Shown here piece by piece: positions 1 to 11,636 of a stretch of DNA of 64,000 bases. Position numbers and translations under genes: made by a program. Location: contig CM059431.1 in the NCBI GenBank assembly GCA_030390025.1, positions 142,230,001 through 142,294,000 of the forward strand, read 5' to 3'. Origin of the DNA: Squalus acanthias. Taxonomy: Eukaryota. Under the pieces are notes generated by a model, which was not told where the DNA came from, made no database searches, and saw only the letters and a list, made by a program, of their open reading frames with translations. Numbering within the stretch: position 1 is the first letter of the stretch; each line of letters opens with the position of its first letter.

Positions 1-2389
1 CTATCGCCCGAGGTGAATTTCTCCTCCAATCTGTTGCACAGTCTGACGATCTAATGCTGTTAATTCATCAGATCCCCAAATAGTCAATCCTAAATTAATC
101 TACCCAGTCTGCAGTCATCTCACACACTGATCTCAACTAGAATGTGATAATCAGCGATCCAGCTAATGCTGAATTATGGTGATACACTGAGCTGTTTATA
201 AAACCTTTCTTATTCATGGTGTTAATTGTCTGCCTATTAATTGGGTGTTATTACAATTGCTCGGCGAACCTGTCTACATCTGTTTCTACTTAAGAATTAT
301 TATTATACCCAATGTTTATATAATGATAATTATGATTTGGGAGTCAGTAAACAGTTGTGATTGGATGATTTGCTGTCTGACTTCTTTGAAGATTTGGCAA
401 GAAAGCTTTAATTCATTCACTCAATAGCTTGTGGGGATCCTAATTGAGAGTTGGTGAGGTGAACTCATACTCAGTCGGAACTGGGAGATATAAGACAGTT
501 CAGCGAGCAATATTAGGCATCATTCACTTCTAGACATAGGCTGGGAGGTAAAACCCAGACGGCCCCTCACTGAGGAGGTAAGGTTAAAGGTTAATCTGCT
601 CCCTTGACATGTATTTTTTGGGACAATGAATACCAACGTCTAACAGGGGCTTATAACACACAGTCTCTGGTTTAGAAGCGACTATGCTATCACTGATCCA
701 CAGCTAACGGGATTAAATCTAAATCCATCTGTATGAATGAGACATGCAGCAGATGTCAAGCTATGAATAGGATTGTAGGTACAATGTACATAAAGATCTC
801 AGAGAAACAGCATGTGGTCTAGGTGAATACCCCAGGTTCAGTACTGAGTATTGAACCAGTGCCTGGCGGCTGACAGGATGGGAAAAGCCGAACCTCAGGT
901 GTACAGGTACAAACCCAGGGGTCAGTCCGCCCAGTGAGGAGAAGAGGACACAGCTGCTCATCTCCTCAAGTTATCCAATCCTCTATTGGCATCAACAACC
1001 CAACCTCAATATTTCCGGATCAAATGAGAAAAATCTTTCCTTGTTGGTTATCTGCTAAACCAGAGACCAAATGCCAAACCTGCTCTGACTCTCTGGTAAC
1101 ATGCAGCTGAACCCCCCGCCCCTTCCCCTCACCCCCACCGAACTCCACTATCGAATGAAAGCCTCTGCCTGATCTAACCAAGCACTCTCAGCCGCAGTTA
1201 TGCCACAATAGAAACAGTCCACCCTTTCTGGAGAACCACACGGAGGGAGAGCGGGAAGAGCTCTCTCTTTCTCTTTCTCCATCTCTATTGGTTTACCTCT
1301 CCCCTATTCCTATCTTCTCTCTCCCTCTCTGTTTTTCCTTAAATATCTTTTTCTTTCTTTGCTTTTGTTTCCTCTAATCTTCCAGCTCTCTCTTTGACAG
1401 TCACTCATTTTCTTTCTCTGTCCCGCTCTATCTTTCCGCCACTCTCTATCAATTGTCTCTCTATCTCCCTCTATAGGTAAGAACTGGGCAATTCAGCCCA
1501 TTGAGCCTGTTCTGACATTCAATTAGATCATGGTTGATCGCTATCCTTATTCCATCTACCACCTTGTTTCCTTAACCCAACAAGAATCGATCTATCTCAA
1601 TTTTGAACATTTCGACTGAACCCCAGCCTCAACAGCTTTTTGGGGAGAGAGTTCTAGATCTCCACTGTCCTCTGTGTGAAGAAGTGTTTTCTGGCATCAC
1701 TCCTGAATTTTCCTAGCTCTAATTGTTCTGGTCTCTCCCACCAGAGGAAATGTCAAACATTGCCTGAACAAAGCCACAGCTCCTCCAAAAGGCAAGGTTG
1801 TGACGGTGAGGGAATGTTCATCAATAGACCAAAAACAAACCATCTCTCCATGTCTGGCCCTCACTGTTCATCTGACGGTCAGTCACCCCCTGGGGCTAAG
1901 GGAAATAAATCTTTCTGCTTCCCTTTACAACACGGATATACCTGATCTCATCGTAACCTGTGTATCTCAATTTGAGGACTTTCTGCAAAGCTCTAATGTG
2001 CAGAATATATTTCAGTCTCTACACGTTGGGATCTGTTTGGAGCGGGGCATTAACCCTTCACCATCTGACTCAGAGATGGAATTACTATCTCTAAAACAAA
2101 AACTCGCTCCTGCACTCAGTATTTGGCCATTTAACTCATTGCTTGTGGGACCTTTTCTTTACAAATTGGCTGCCGCGTTTCAACAGTGAATACACTTAAA
2201 AATATTTCATTGTCCTCTAAACACTTTGCGACGCCCTGCAAGGTGCCATTTAACTGCAAGATTTTATCTTCTGTCTTTCCCGGTATCAAGATGTTACAGG
2301 TTCTTCTTCCACCCATGTTATCCTTCAAGTATTCCTTACAACATTATGTACAAAAATAATCCTGAACATTTTCTTGCCATCTTTTGCTG

Positions 2390-4785
2390 ATGATGGTAGC
2401 CTTGAGGAGGAGTTCATAGAGTGTATCCGGGATGATTTCCTAGAACATTATATAATGAAACCAACCAGGGAGCAGGCTATCTTGGATCTGGTACTGTGCA
2501 ATGAGACATAATGAATAAATTATCTCATAGTAAAGGATCCTCTAGGAAAGAGTGATCATAGCATGGTTGAATTTCAAAGTCAGTTGGAGGGTGAGAAAGT
2601 TGTATCTCAAACCAGTGTCCTGATCTTAAACAAAGATGGCATGAGGGCAGAACTGGCTAAAGTGGACTGGAAAAATAAGTTAAAGGTAAGACAGTTGAAA
2701 TGCAGTGGTGGACATTTAAGGAGATATTTCATAACTCTCATCAAAAATATATTCCAGTGAGAAAGAAAGATTTTAAGAGAAGGGAGCACCATTCTTGGCG
2801 AACTAAGGAAGTAAAGGGTGGTATCAAATTGAAAACGAAGACATACAATGTTGCCAAGTTTGGTGGGAGGCCAGAGGATTGGGAATTTTTTAAAAACCAG
2901 CAAAGGATGACTAACAAATTAACAGAGAGAAGATGAATTATGAGAGTAAACTGGAAAGGAATATTAAAACAGATAGCAAGAGCTTCTACAGGTATATAAA
3001 AAGGAAGAGAGCAGCTAAAGTAAACGTTGGTCCCTTAGAGGATGAGACTGGGGAATTAATATAGAGGAACGGGGAAATGGCAGAGACTCTGAACAAATAT
3101 TTTGTATCTGTCTTCATGGTAGAAGACACTAACAACATCCCAATAATGGATAATCAAGGGGCCACAGGGAGGGGGAACTAAAGACAATCACTACCACTAA
3201 GGAAAAAGTAATTGCTGAAATAATGAGACTAAAAGACGACAAGTCCCCTGGACCAGATGGCCTGCATCCCAGGGTCTTAAAATAAGTGGCTGCAGAGATA
3301 GTGGTTGCAATATACCAAAATTCCCTGGTCTCTGGAGAGGGCCCAGCGGATTGGAAAACCGCAAATGTAACACCCCTATTTAAGAAAGGAAGGAGACAGA
3401 AAGCAGGAAACTATAGACCAGTTAGCCTAACATCTGTCATTGGGAAAACGCTGGAGTCCTTCATTAAGGAAGTAGTAGCAGGGCATTTAGAAAAACATAC
3501 TGCAGTCAAGCAGAGTCAGCATGGTTTTAGGAAAGGGAAATCATGTTTAACACATTTGCTGGAGTTCTTTGAGGATGTCACGTGCAGGGTGGACAAAGGT
3601 GAGCCAGTGGATGTGGTGCATTTGGATTTCCAGAAGGCATTCGACAAGGTGCCACATAAAAGGTTACTGCATAAGATAAGAGCTCACGGAATTGGGGGTA
3701 ATATATTAGCATGGATAGAGAATTGGCTAACTAAAATAAAGCAGAGAATCGGGATAAATGGTCCATTTTCCGGTTGGCAAACGGTAACTAGTGGGGTGCC
3801 ACAGGGATCGTTGCTGGGGCCCCAACTATTTACAATCTACATTAATGACTAGGATGAAGGGTCCAAGTGTAATGTAGCCAAGTTTGTGTATGATACAAAG
3901 ATGGGTGGGAAAGCAAGTTGTGCAGAGGACTCAAATAATCTGCAAAGGGATTATAGATAGGCTAAGTGAGTGGGCAAACATTTGGCAGATGGAGTATAAT
4001 GTGGGAAAGTGCAAGGTTATCCACTTTGGCAGGAAAAATAAAAAAGCAAATTATTATTTAAATGGAGAGAGATTGCAAAATGCTACAGTTCAGAGGGACC
4101 TGGGGGTCCTTGTGCATGAAACACAAAGTTAGCATGCAGGTACAGCAATTAATCAAAAAGGCAAATGGAATGTTGGGCTTTATTGCAAGGGGGTTGGAGT
4201 TAAAAAGCAGGGAAGTCCTGCTACAACTGTACAGTGTATTGGTGAGAGCACACCTTGAGTACTGCGTACAGTTTTGGTCTCCTTATTTAAGGAAGGATAT
4301 ACTTGCATTGGAGGCAGTTCAGAGACAATTCACTAGGTTAATTTCAGAGATGAGGGGGTTGACTTATGAAGAAAGGTTGAGCAGGTTGGGCCTTTACTCA
4401 TTGGAATTTAGAAGAATGAGAGGTGATCATAATGAAACATATAAGATACTAAGCGGACTCGACAAGGTAGATGCAGAGAGGATGTTTCCCCTCGTGGGAG
4501 TTTCAGAATAAAGGTCGCCCTTTTAGATCTAAGATGAGGAGGAATTTCTTCTCTCAGAGGGTTGTAAATCTGTGGAATTCTCTGCCCCAGAGAGCCGTGG
4601 AGGCTGGGTCATTAAATACATTTAAGGCGGAGATAGACAGATTTTTGCAAGATAAGGGAGTGAAGGGTTATGGGGAGCGGACTGGGAAGTGACTTTGAGC
4701 CCAAGATCAGCCATGATCTTATTGAATGGCGGAGCAGGCTCAAGGGCTCAAGTGGCCTATTCCTGCTCCTATTTCTTATGTTTTT
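2390..4785 (+). mobile_element. CR1-type LINE, 5'-truncated, decayed ORF2 (endonuclease end, RT, 3' UTR)
   Basis: NVTPLFKKG, NYRPVSLTS, QHGF, LDFQKAFDKVPH, GVPQGS, LEYCVQFWSP; many stops and frameshifts; tail ...cctgctcctatttcttatg. Confidence 0.95.
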
Positions 4786-4985
4786 ATACCGACTTGGACA
4801 TACATCACCGTATCTTCATCGTCGCTGTGTCAAAATCCTATAACATCCTAACTAACAGGACAGTGGGAGTACCTTTGCCACATGGACTGCAGCGGTTGAA
4901 GAAGATGGCGGCCCACCACCACGTTCTCAAGGGGCAATTTGGGATGGACAATAAACTTGGCCTTGCTAGCGATGCCCATGAGACT
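4786..4985 (+). mobile_element. 3' end of a second non-LTR element family
   Basis: cacatggactgcagcggttgaagaag...caccaccac motif recurs at ~50660-50760 (+), ~51000-51100 (-) and ~56310-56400. Confidence 0.6.
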
Positions 4986-5229
4986 GACATTAAAACAGTA
5001 CAACTCATAAATGTACTTTTGAACACATTTCCCGGTTAGTAATGCTAGCGTAATCATACGTGTGATCTTCCTGCAGGTGTTAACAATTTTTCTCGGAATA
5101 GTGACAGGAACTAATCTTCATCTTCGAGAAAAAGGATAATGCTTGAAACCTAGTTTTGAAAAAAAAATTCCTCCAACTAATTATTGGGAAGAATGAAACC
5201 AATGTCTTTGGTCCCTGCCACAAACTCCG

Positions 5230-5750
5230 TTCCCTCGCCACTGACTCCATCCCTCTCCCTGACAACTCTCTGTGGCTGACCTAAACCGTTCGCAACATTG
5301 GGTTCGTATTTGACACTGAGATGAGCTTCTGACTCGCAGACCAACATTGACGCCGTCTGGCAATGCCTCAATTTTAAAATGTTCATCCTCGGGCTCAAAT
5401 CCCCCATGGCCTCGCCCCCTCTCTATCTCTGTAACGTCCTCCAGCACTACAACCCTCCGAGATCTCTGCGCTCCTCCAATTAAGGCCGATTGTTCATCTC
5501 CGATTCTAATTGCTCCACCATTGGTGGCCGTGCTTTCAGCTGTCTGAGCCCTAAGCTGTGGAATTCCCTCCCTGAACCTCTCCACCTCTCACTCTTCTCC
5601 TTTCAGATGCTCCTAAAAACCTACCTTTCTCAACAAGCGTTTGATCACCTGTCCTAATATCTCCTTCTGTGGCTCGGTGTCACAGTTAGTTTGATAACGC
5701 CCCTGGGAACCACCTTGTGACGTTTCACTACGTTAAAAGCACTATGTCAT
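5230..5750 (+). mobile_element. L2-type LINE 3' fragment
   Basis: Shares ctccaccattggtggccgtgc-ttcagctgtct...ggaattccctccc with the copies at 28230-28790, 45020-45650, 48310-48590 and 57215-57660. Confidence 0.75.
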
Positions 5751-5754
5751 TCTA

Positions 5755-5771
5755 TCGCCCTCTGCTGGTGA
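5755..5771 (-). promoter_or_regulatory. Candidate CTCF site (CACCAGCAGAGGGCGA)
   Basis: Matches the CTCF core consensus CCASYAGRKGGCR; sequence match only. Confidence 0.5.
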
Positions 5772-6059
5772 CTCTCTGTATCATTCACTGTACTCAGTCA
5801 CACCTTTATCTATATCCCTCTGTTTGGATCTTTCTGTTTCACTCACTGAACTCAGTTATACCTTAATCATAGAATCAGAGAACGGTACAGCACAGAAAGA
5901 TGCCATACGGCCCATCGTGTCTTTGTCCATTCAGCTGCCCTTTGGCACTGCAAGTTTTTCCACTTTACGTATATATCCAATTCCATTTTAAATGTTACTA
6001 TTGAATTTGCTTCCAAACAGTGAAAAGATTCACCTAATAAGTTAGCTCATTAAGCGTGT

Positions 6060-6480
6060 TAGTTGTGCCTCAGTTGGTAGCAATCTTGATTCAGAACCTT
6101 GCGTTAAAGTTCTGCTCCAGAAACTTGAGCACATAATTCTAGGCTGACACTTCAGTGCAGTGCTAAGGCAGCGGCGCACTGTCTTTTGGAGAGAACTTAG
6201 AATGAATGTGCTAAAGCGAGGCCCCGTCTGCTCTCTCGGGTGGAAATAAACAATGCCACTATTTCAAAGAAAATTAGGGGAGTTCTCCCCAGTGACCTGG
6301 CCAATATTTCCCCCCTGACATCCTAAAAACGGATGATCTGGTTATTCATCTCATTGCTGTTTGTTGGACCTTGCTGTGCACAAAGTGGCTGTAACGTTTC
6401 CTACATTGTAGCATTGAACACACTTCAAAAAGTACTTAATTGGCTGTAAATCGCTGAGGTGGTGAAATGCGCTGTATGTC
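6060..6480 (+). mobile_element. tRNA-headed Deu-domain SINE (SacSINE1/AmnSINE-like)
   Basis: A-box-like ctcagttggtagc, then ctaggctgacacttcagtgcagtgct and cgaggccccgtctgc...ggagttctccc..gtgacctggccaatattt. Confidence 0.75.
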
Positions 6481-7129
6481 GGAAATATCTCTGTCTGTCT
6501 GATTTTCATTCATTCTTCTTTCTTCTTTCATCAGTGCCGTTGCTGAGTGGGGCGCTCGCTGCTTCCATTGTTGGTTATTTATAAATTAGATTCTGTTGAC
6601 AGGTTCCTATGAATTGCTGGAGGGGGATCGGCTCCACTTGACGGGAAGTTCTCAGCCGTGGATTAATTTTTACTGGAGATTGACGCCGAGCCATTGTTAA
6701 GGCGCCTCTCCCCTGCATTGGGTAAGTAGGTTGCCGTGTCCCATTGGGCACCTGTCAGGCAAGATCCGTGTCTGGTTACTTCAGAAGGAAGTGGCCGAGA
6801 TAAGGCTGCCAATTATAGGGCATCTGCTGCGAAGGGGAATCCATGGCTAACGTTTAACATCTCATTATTCCACCAATATCACTGAACACTGAGAACTTCT
6901 ATTGAAGCCAGAGTTTAGGAAAAAGACCAGGAGTATGTCTCTTTACACAGAGGTGAGATTGACAGCTTGACAATACCTTACCAAAGTCAAACTGGCTGAG
7001 AGGTAAAATATGATTTAACCGTTGCACCTGTGAGGTACAGGTCGAGAGTGAAACTGTACCGTGCGCTGTTCATCCCACACCCTGAGGCTAAGATTATCCT
7101 TCGACAGCAGTGCAAAAAGGGTGGAATCG

Positions 7130-8032
7130 CATCGGCCGCCCCTACACTCCCCGCCTGATATTCAGTCACATTATCGGCCCCTACATTCCCCGCCTGATGT
7201 TTAGTCCCATTATCGGCCGCCCTACACTCACCGCCTGATATTCAGTCCCGTTATCGGTCGCTCTACACTCACCGCCTGATATTCAGTCCCATTATCGGCC
7301 CCTACATTCCCCGCCTGATATTCAGTCCCATTATCGGCCCCTACAGTCCCCGCCTGATATTCAGTCCCATTATCGGCCCCTACACTCCCCGCCTGATATT
7401 CAGTCCCATTATCGGCCCCTACACTCCCCGCCTGATATTCAGTCCCATTATCGGCCCCTACACTCCCCGCCTGATATTCAGTCCCATTATCGGCCCCTAT
7501 ACTCCCCGCCTGATATACAGTCCCATTATCGGCCCCTACACTCCACGTCTGATATTCAGTCCCATTATCATCCCTACACTCCCCGCCTGATATTCAGTCC
7601 CATTATCGGCCCCTACATTCCCCGCCTGATGTTTAGTCCCATTATCGGCCGCCCTACACTCCCTGCCTGATATTCAGTCCCATTATCGGCCGCCCTACGC
7701 TCCCTGCCTGATATTCAGTCCCATTATCGGCCGCCCTACACTCACCGCCTGATATTCAGTCCCGTTATCGGTCGCCCTACACTCACCGCCTGATATTCAG
7801 TCCCATTATCGGCCCCTACATTCCCCGCCTGATATTCAGTCCCATTATCGGCCCCTACACTCCCCGCCTGATATTCAGTCCCATTATCGGCCCCTACACT
7901 CCCCGCCTAATATTCAGTCCCATTATCGGCCCCTACACTCCCCGCCTGATATTCAGTCCCATTATCGGCCGCCCGACGCTCCCCGCCTGATATTCAGTCC
8001 CATTATCGGCCCGACGCTCCCCGCCTGATATT
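7130..8032 (+). repeat. Minisatellite, 39-bp unit (42-bp variants) CTACACTCCCCGCCTGATATTCAGTCCCATTATCGGCCC, about 22 copies
   Basis: Directly visible; head-to-tail units with no unique spacers. Confidence 0.95.
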
Positions 8033-8344
8033 GAGCTCCATTGGCTTCACTAGAATTGAATATGAAGCGGCGGGTACAACAGGCAGCCGATGCGATAGTG
8101 CCCCTGTAGAGCTGACCTCCAAGAGGAATTTGTACACATGAATTTGAATTTCGGTAGATGTTCTAAACGACCGATATGGAATTAGCTGCCTGATTTTCCT
8201 TAAAATTGAATGGAAAGGGATGGAAAATCGGATGCAGACTTTAACAGGCGGCTGTTTCGATTGAGCCTCTGATCCTCTTCCAATATTGCGGTGGGATATT
8301 TAGTGTCCACCGGGGAGGGCAGACGAGGCAACGATTTAACATCT

Positions 8345-8392
8345 CATCAGACTTTTAATCTGAGTGTCAGGGTTCAAGTCCCTGTTCGGGCG
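8345..8392 (+). tRNA. 5'-truncated tRNA-Lys(UUU) pseudogene (anticodon arm, T arm, 3' acceptor strand)
   Basis: CATCAGACTTTTAATCTGAGTGTC-AGGGTTCAAGTCCCTGTTCGGGCG matches the 3' two-thirds of vertebrate tRNA-Lys(UUU) with one substitution and one deletion; followed by ctgcTTTT. Confidence 0.88.
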
Positions 8393-8544
8393 CTGCTTTT
8401 AAATCCAGATTCTCAATCCCCACTTTCTTGCAGCCCCATGAAACAGAGCAATTCACCCTGATATTTGCTGCAGTTTTGTTTTAACTCAGAACCACAATGG
8501 GTTAAATTCATTGGATAGGCCGCATAAACTAGCCTTGAATTCCC

Positions 8545-8940
8545 TTGTATTTAGAAGATTGAGGGTGATCTCATCGAGATGTTTGAAATTATAAAATGTT
8601 CCGATGGGGCAGATAGGGAGAAACAAGTTCTTTGGTGGGGGAATCTAGAACAAGGGAACACAAACTTAAAACTGGAGCCAGGCTGTTGAGGAGTGAAATC
8701 AGGAAGTGTTTTTTCACAGACTGGGTAGTGGAAAAATGCAACTCGCTCCCCCAAAAGGCTGTGGATGCTGGGGGTCAATTGTAGATTTCAGGACTGAGAC
8801 CAACATGTTTCTCTAGGTCGGGGCACCGCCGGATATGGAGCAAAGGCGGGTGAATGGAGCTGAGGTGCAGATCAGCCATGATCTGACTGAAGAGCCGATT
8901 AGGTTCAAGGGGCTGAATAACCTGCTCCTGTTTTTAATGT
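8545..8940 (+). mobile_element. CR1 3' fragment
   Basis: agaagattgagggtgatctcatcgag (RRLRGDLIE) and a CR1 3' UTR. Confidence 0.8.
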
Positions 8941-9345
8941 TCCGAAACACATTTCCTACACCGCTGTTCCTGAAAGACTGCGCAAAACAAAGCAAGTTAA
9001 ACACTCGGTGGCATTGAGTGAGAAACCGTGAGGCTGCCTCAGTTTACAGGGATTGTTTCTGGTGCCTGGCAGTGAGCGCGGAGTGGGTGCAACCTGCTGT
9101 TTAGATGAAATTAATTGAATTCCAGTGGCGGAGCACTCCCGAAATGACCCGATTTCTGGTATCACCACAGCCTGCTTCACTCCATCACACTTAAAGCCCG
9201 CCTCCGACCGTCGCGTTAAAAGGTGAACCAGCCCACTGACCCAAACCGTCCAGTTTCCCGGTTACAGTCCGAGTCACGCTGCCCAGTCTACCTCCCTACT
9301 GCACTCAGGAGGGTCTAACACAGGGCCCGCGGCTCGCGGTCAACA

Positions 9346-9415
9346 ATGCCCCCGGTGATGACCCTCACACTCCTGCTCTTCAGTGCCTCGTACCCGGCAA
9401 CATCCCAGCAATGCA
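9346..9415 (+). CDS. IF/TC-like exon 1: signal peptide MPPVMTLTLLLFSASYPATSQQC
   Basis: ATG with A at -3, hydrophobic stretch, first family Cys, donor A|gtaagt in phase 1 that fits exon 2. Confidence 0.75.
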
Positions 9416-11603
9416 GTAAGTGCGATTTGTTGTTTAGTGCCCAATGTTTAATCTAAACCTGATCTTTATCGTTTAGCTGAGTTTTTATCGTAATTTAGAA
9501 TCATAGAATTATAGAAACTTAGAATCTTATAGTACAGAAGGAGCCCATTCGGCCCATCGTACCTGCTCTTTGAAAGTGTAATTAGTCCCAGTCACCCTGC
9601 TCTTTCCCCAAAGCCCTGCATTTTTCTCCCCTCAAGAACACATCCAAACCCCTTTTGACAGTTACTATAGAAGATGCTTCCAGCACCGTTTCAGGGACTG
9701 CATTCCAGACAGCAACAACATCGCTGCATTCAAAAAATCTCCTCATTTACCCTCTGGTTCTTTTGCCAATTACCTTAAATCTGTGTGATCGCCAAGCTCC
9801 TGCCAGTGGAAGAAGTTTCTCCTTATTTACTCTATCAAACACCTCCATAATATTGATCACCTCTATTAAATCTCCCTTTAATACTCTCTGCTCTAAGGAG
9901 AACAACCCCAGCTTGTCTAGTCTCTCCACATAACTGAAATCTCTCATCCCTGCCAGCATTCTGGTAAATATCCTCTGCACCCTCTCCAAGGCCTTGACTA
10001 AAGTTTGTTGCCCAGAATTGGACACAATGCACTAACTGAGGCATAACTAATGATTTATAAATGTTTGCCACAAATTCTTTGCTTTTCTACTCTGTGCCTC
10101 TATTTGGAAAGCCAAGGATCCCGTCATTTTTTTTTTTAAGATTTGTCAATAAGTCCTTCCACCTTCAAAGATTTGTGAACGTGAACCCGAGGTCTCTCTC
10201 TTCCTGCGCCCCGAATACACTTGTACTATTTGGTTTCTATTACCTCTCCTCATTCTTCTTTCAAATTGCACCATTTCAGATTTTTCTGCATTGAATGTCA
10301 TCTACAATGTGACTGCCCATTGCACCAGTCTGTCTGTGTCCTCCTGAAGTCTGCTACTATCCTCCTCACTGTTTACTACAATACATGTTCTTACTGTATG
10401 TTCATATGTTATGTTCACCGGCCACATGCGCCTTCTGATTATCCTCAAGCTCTTTAAGTGTTACTGCTATCTTAATGTTCATTACTCGCGAGTGGATTAA
10501 TAATTGGGTTGTGGATTCCAGCGGCTCCAGATAATCAGCAGAAATCACTTCTCCGGAGTATAGAGAGGAAACTGAGTGATCTGTCCGTGGAGCCAGACCC
10601 CGGGGCTTTCATTGCCCTGCGCCTGGGGAGTGAGCATGATCTGCAGAGTGAACAAGACATTCTCCGAAGGCTGAGTGAGGCGGCTGTTAGAAAGGTTGGA
10701 TCAGGTAAGGAGTCATCTATTAGGTAATGTGGATGTATCTGGATTAAATCTTTATTACTGTTGACAGGATGAGTGGCTGGCAAACTATTGTTCATGAAGG
10801 AAATTTGAATCTAGGAATGGCCCCATGATAATAGTGACCCAACTTCTAGCCCTTTCATGTCGTATTTCTATGTTTGACATCAAAACGTAACATTTGAGAT
10901 AGAGTTTAAGTGTAATTTGAGACTTTACACATGGTCAGTGTAGCGTGCTTGGGAGGAACAGGTGATTTTGGACCTATGGTTCACAAAGCTCTCCAGCACC
11001 GGATATTCCTCGCCTCGTGTCTGTGTCTGTTGTAAACTAATTTATAGAGACTGATTACTATGATTATACAACAACCCCATTGTCATGCGACTACAAGGAT
11101 AGTAGAAGCAGAATTAGATGCACCTTGGTCTTTAGTCTCCCCAGAAATTCCAATGTTCCGAATAGAGGATTTCGTCCATTTAAAATAAACAGGGTCATTT
11201 AAAAATAACAACTAATATGACTGTCGATGGCGCCTATTTTGTGAGAGCCAATGTTGAAAGTTGACACACCTCATGCAATTCTACATCTTTTCCCCAGTGC
11301 AGTTCACTTTATTACAGTCTACAATTTCACAACCATTTGAATCAGGATCCCAGGGATTAACTTGCTGCAATGTGCCATTGAATTTTCTGTATATGTTTGC
11401 GTGTGTTTGTGTGTATATGTTTATGTGTGTGTGTGTTTCCATGTTTCTTTGTGTATATCTTTCTGTGGGTTTCTTTGCGATTGTGTGTGTGTATGTCTAT
11501 GCGTTTCTTTGTGTCTCTGCTTCTGTATGCATATGTGTTTCTGTGTGTGTATACGTGTCTGTTTGTGTTTATATGTGTATGTGTGTGCATATATATCCGA
11601 GTC

Positions 11604-11636
<33 letters not shown>

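Noticed and set aside
245..2328. Short ORFs at the start of the window
   Set aside because: No recognisable motifs or consistent splice structure; several overlap SINE or CR1 remnants
3286..4692. RT ORFs as an active retrotransposon or a domesticated gene (also 46079-48129)
   Set aside because: 5'-truncated CR1 copies with stops and frameshifts
6535..6725. Exon-like segment with a polypyrimidine acceptor and ggtaagt donor
   Set aside because: Stops in all three frames; at most a non-coding exon, unsupported
7130..8032. CRISPR-like appearance of the 39-bp array (also the 43- and 61-bp arrays)
   Set aside because: Head-to-tail units without unique spacers, no cas genes, eukaryotic context
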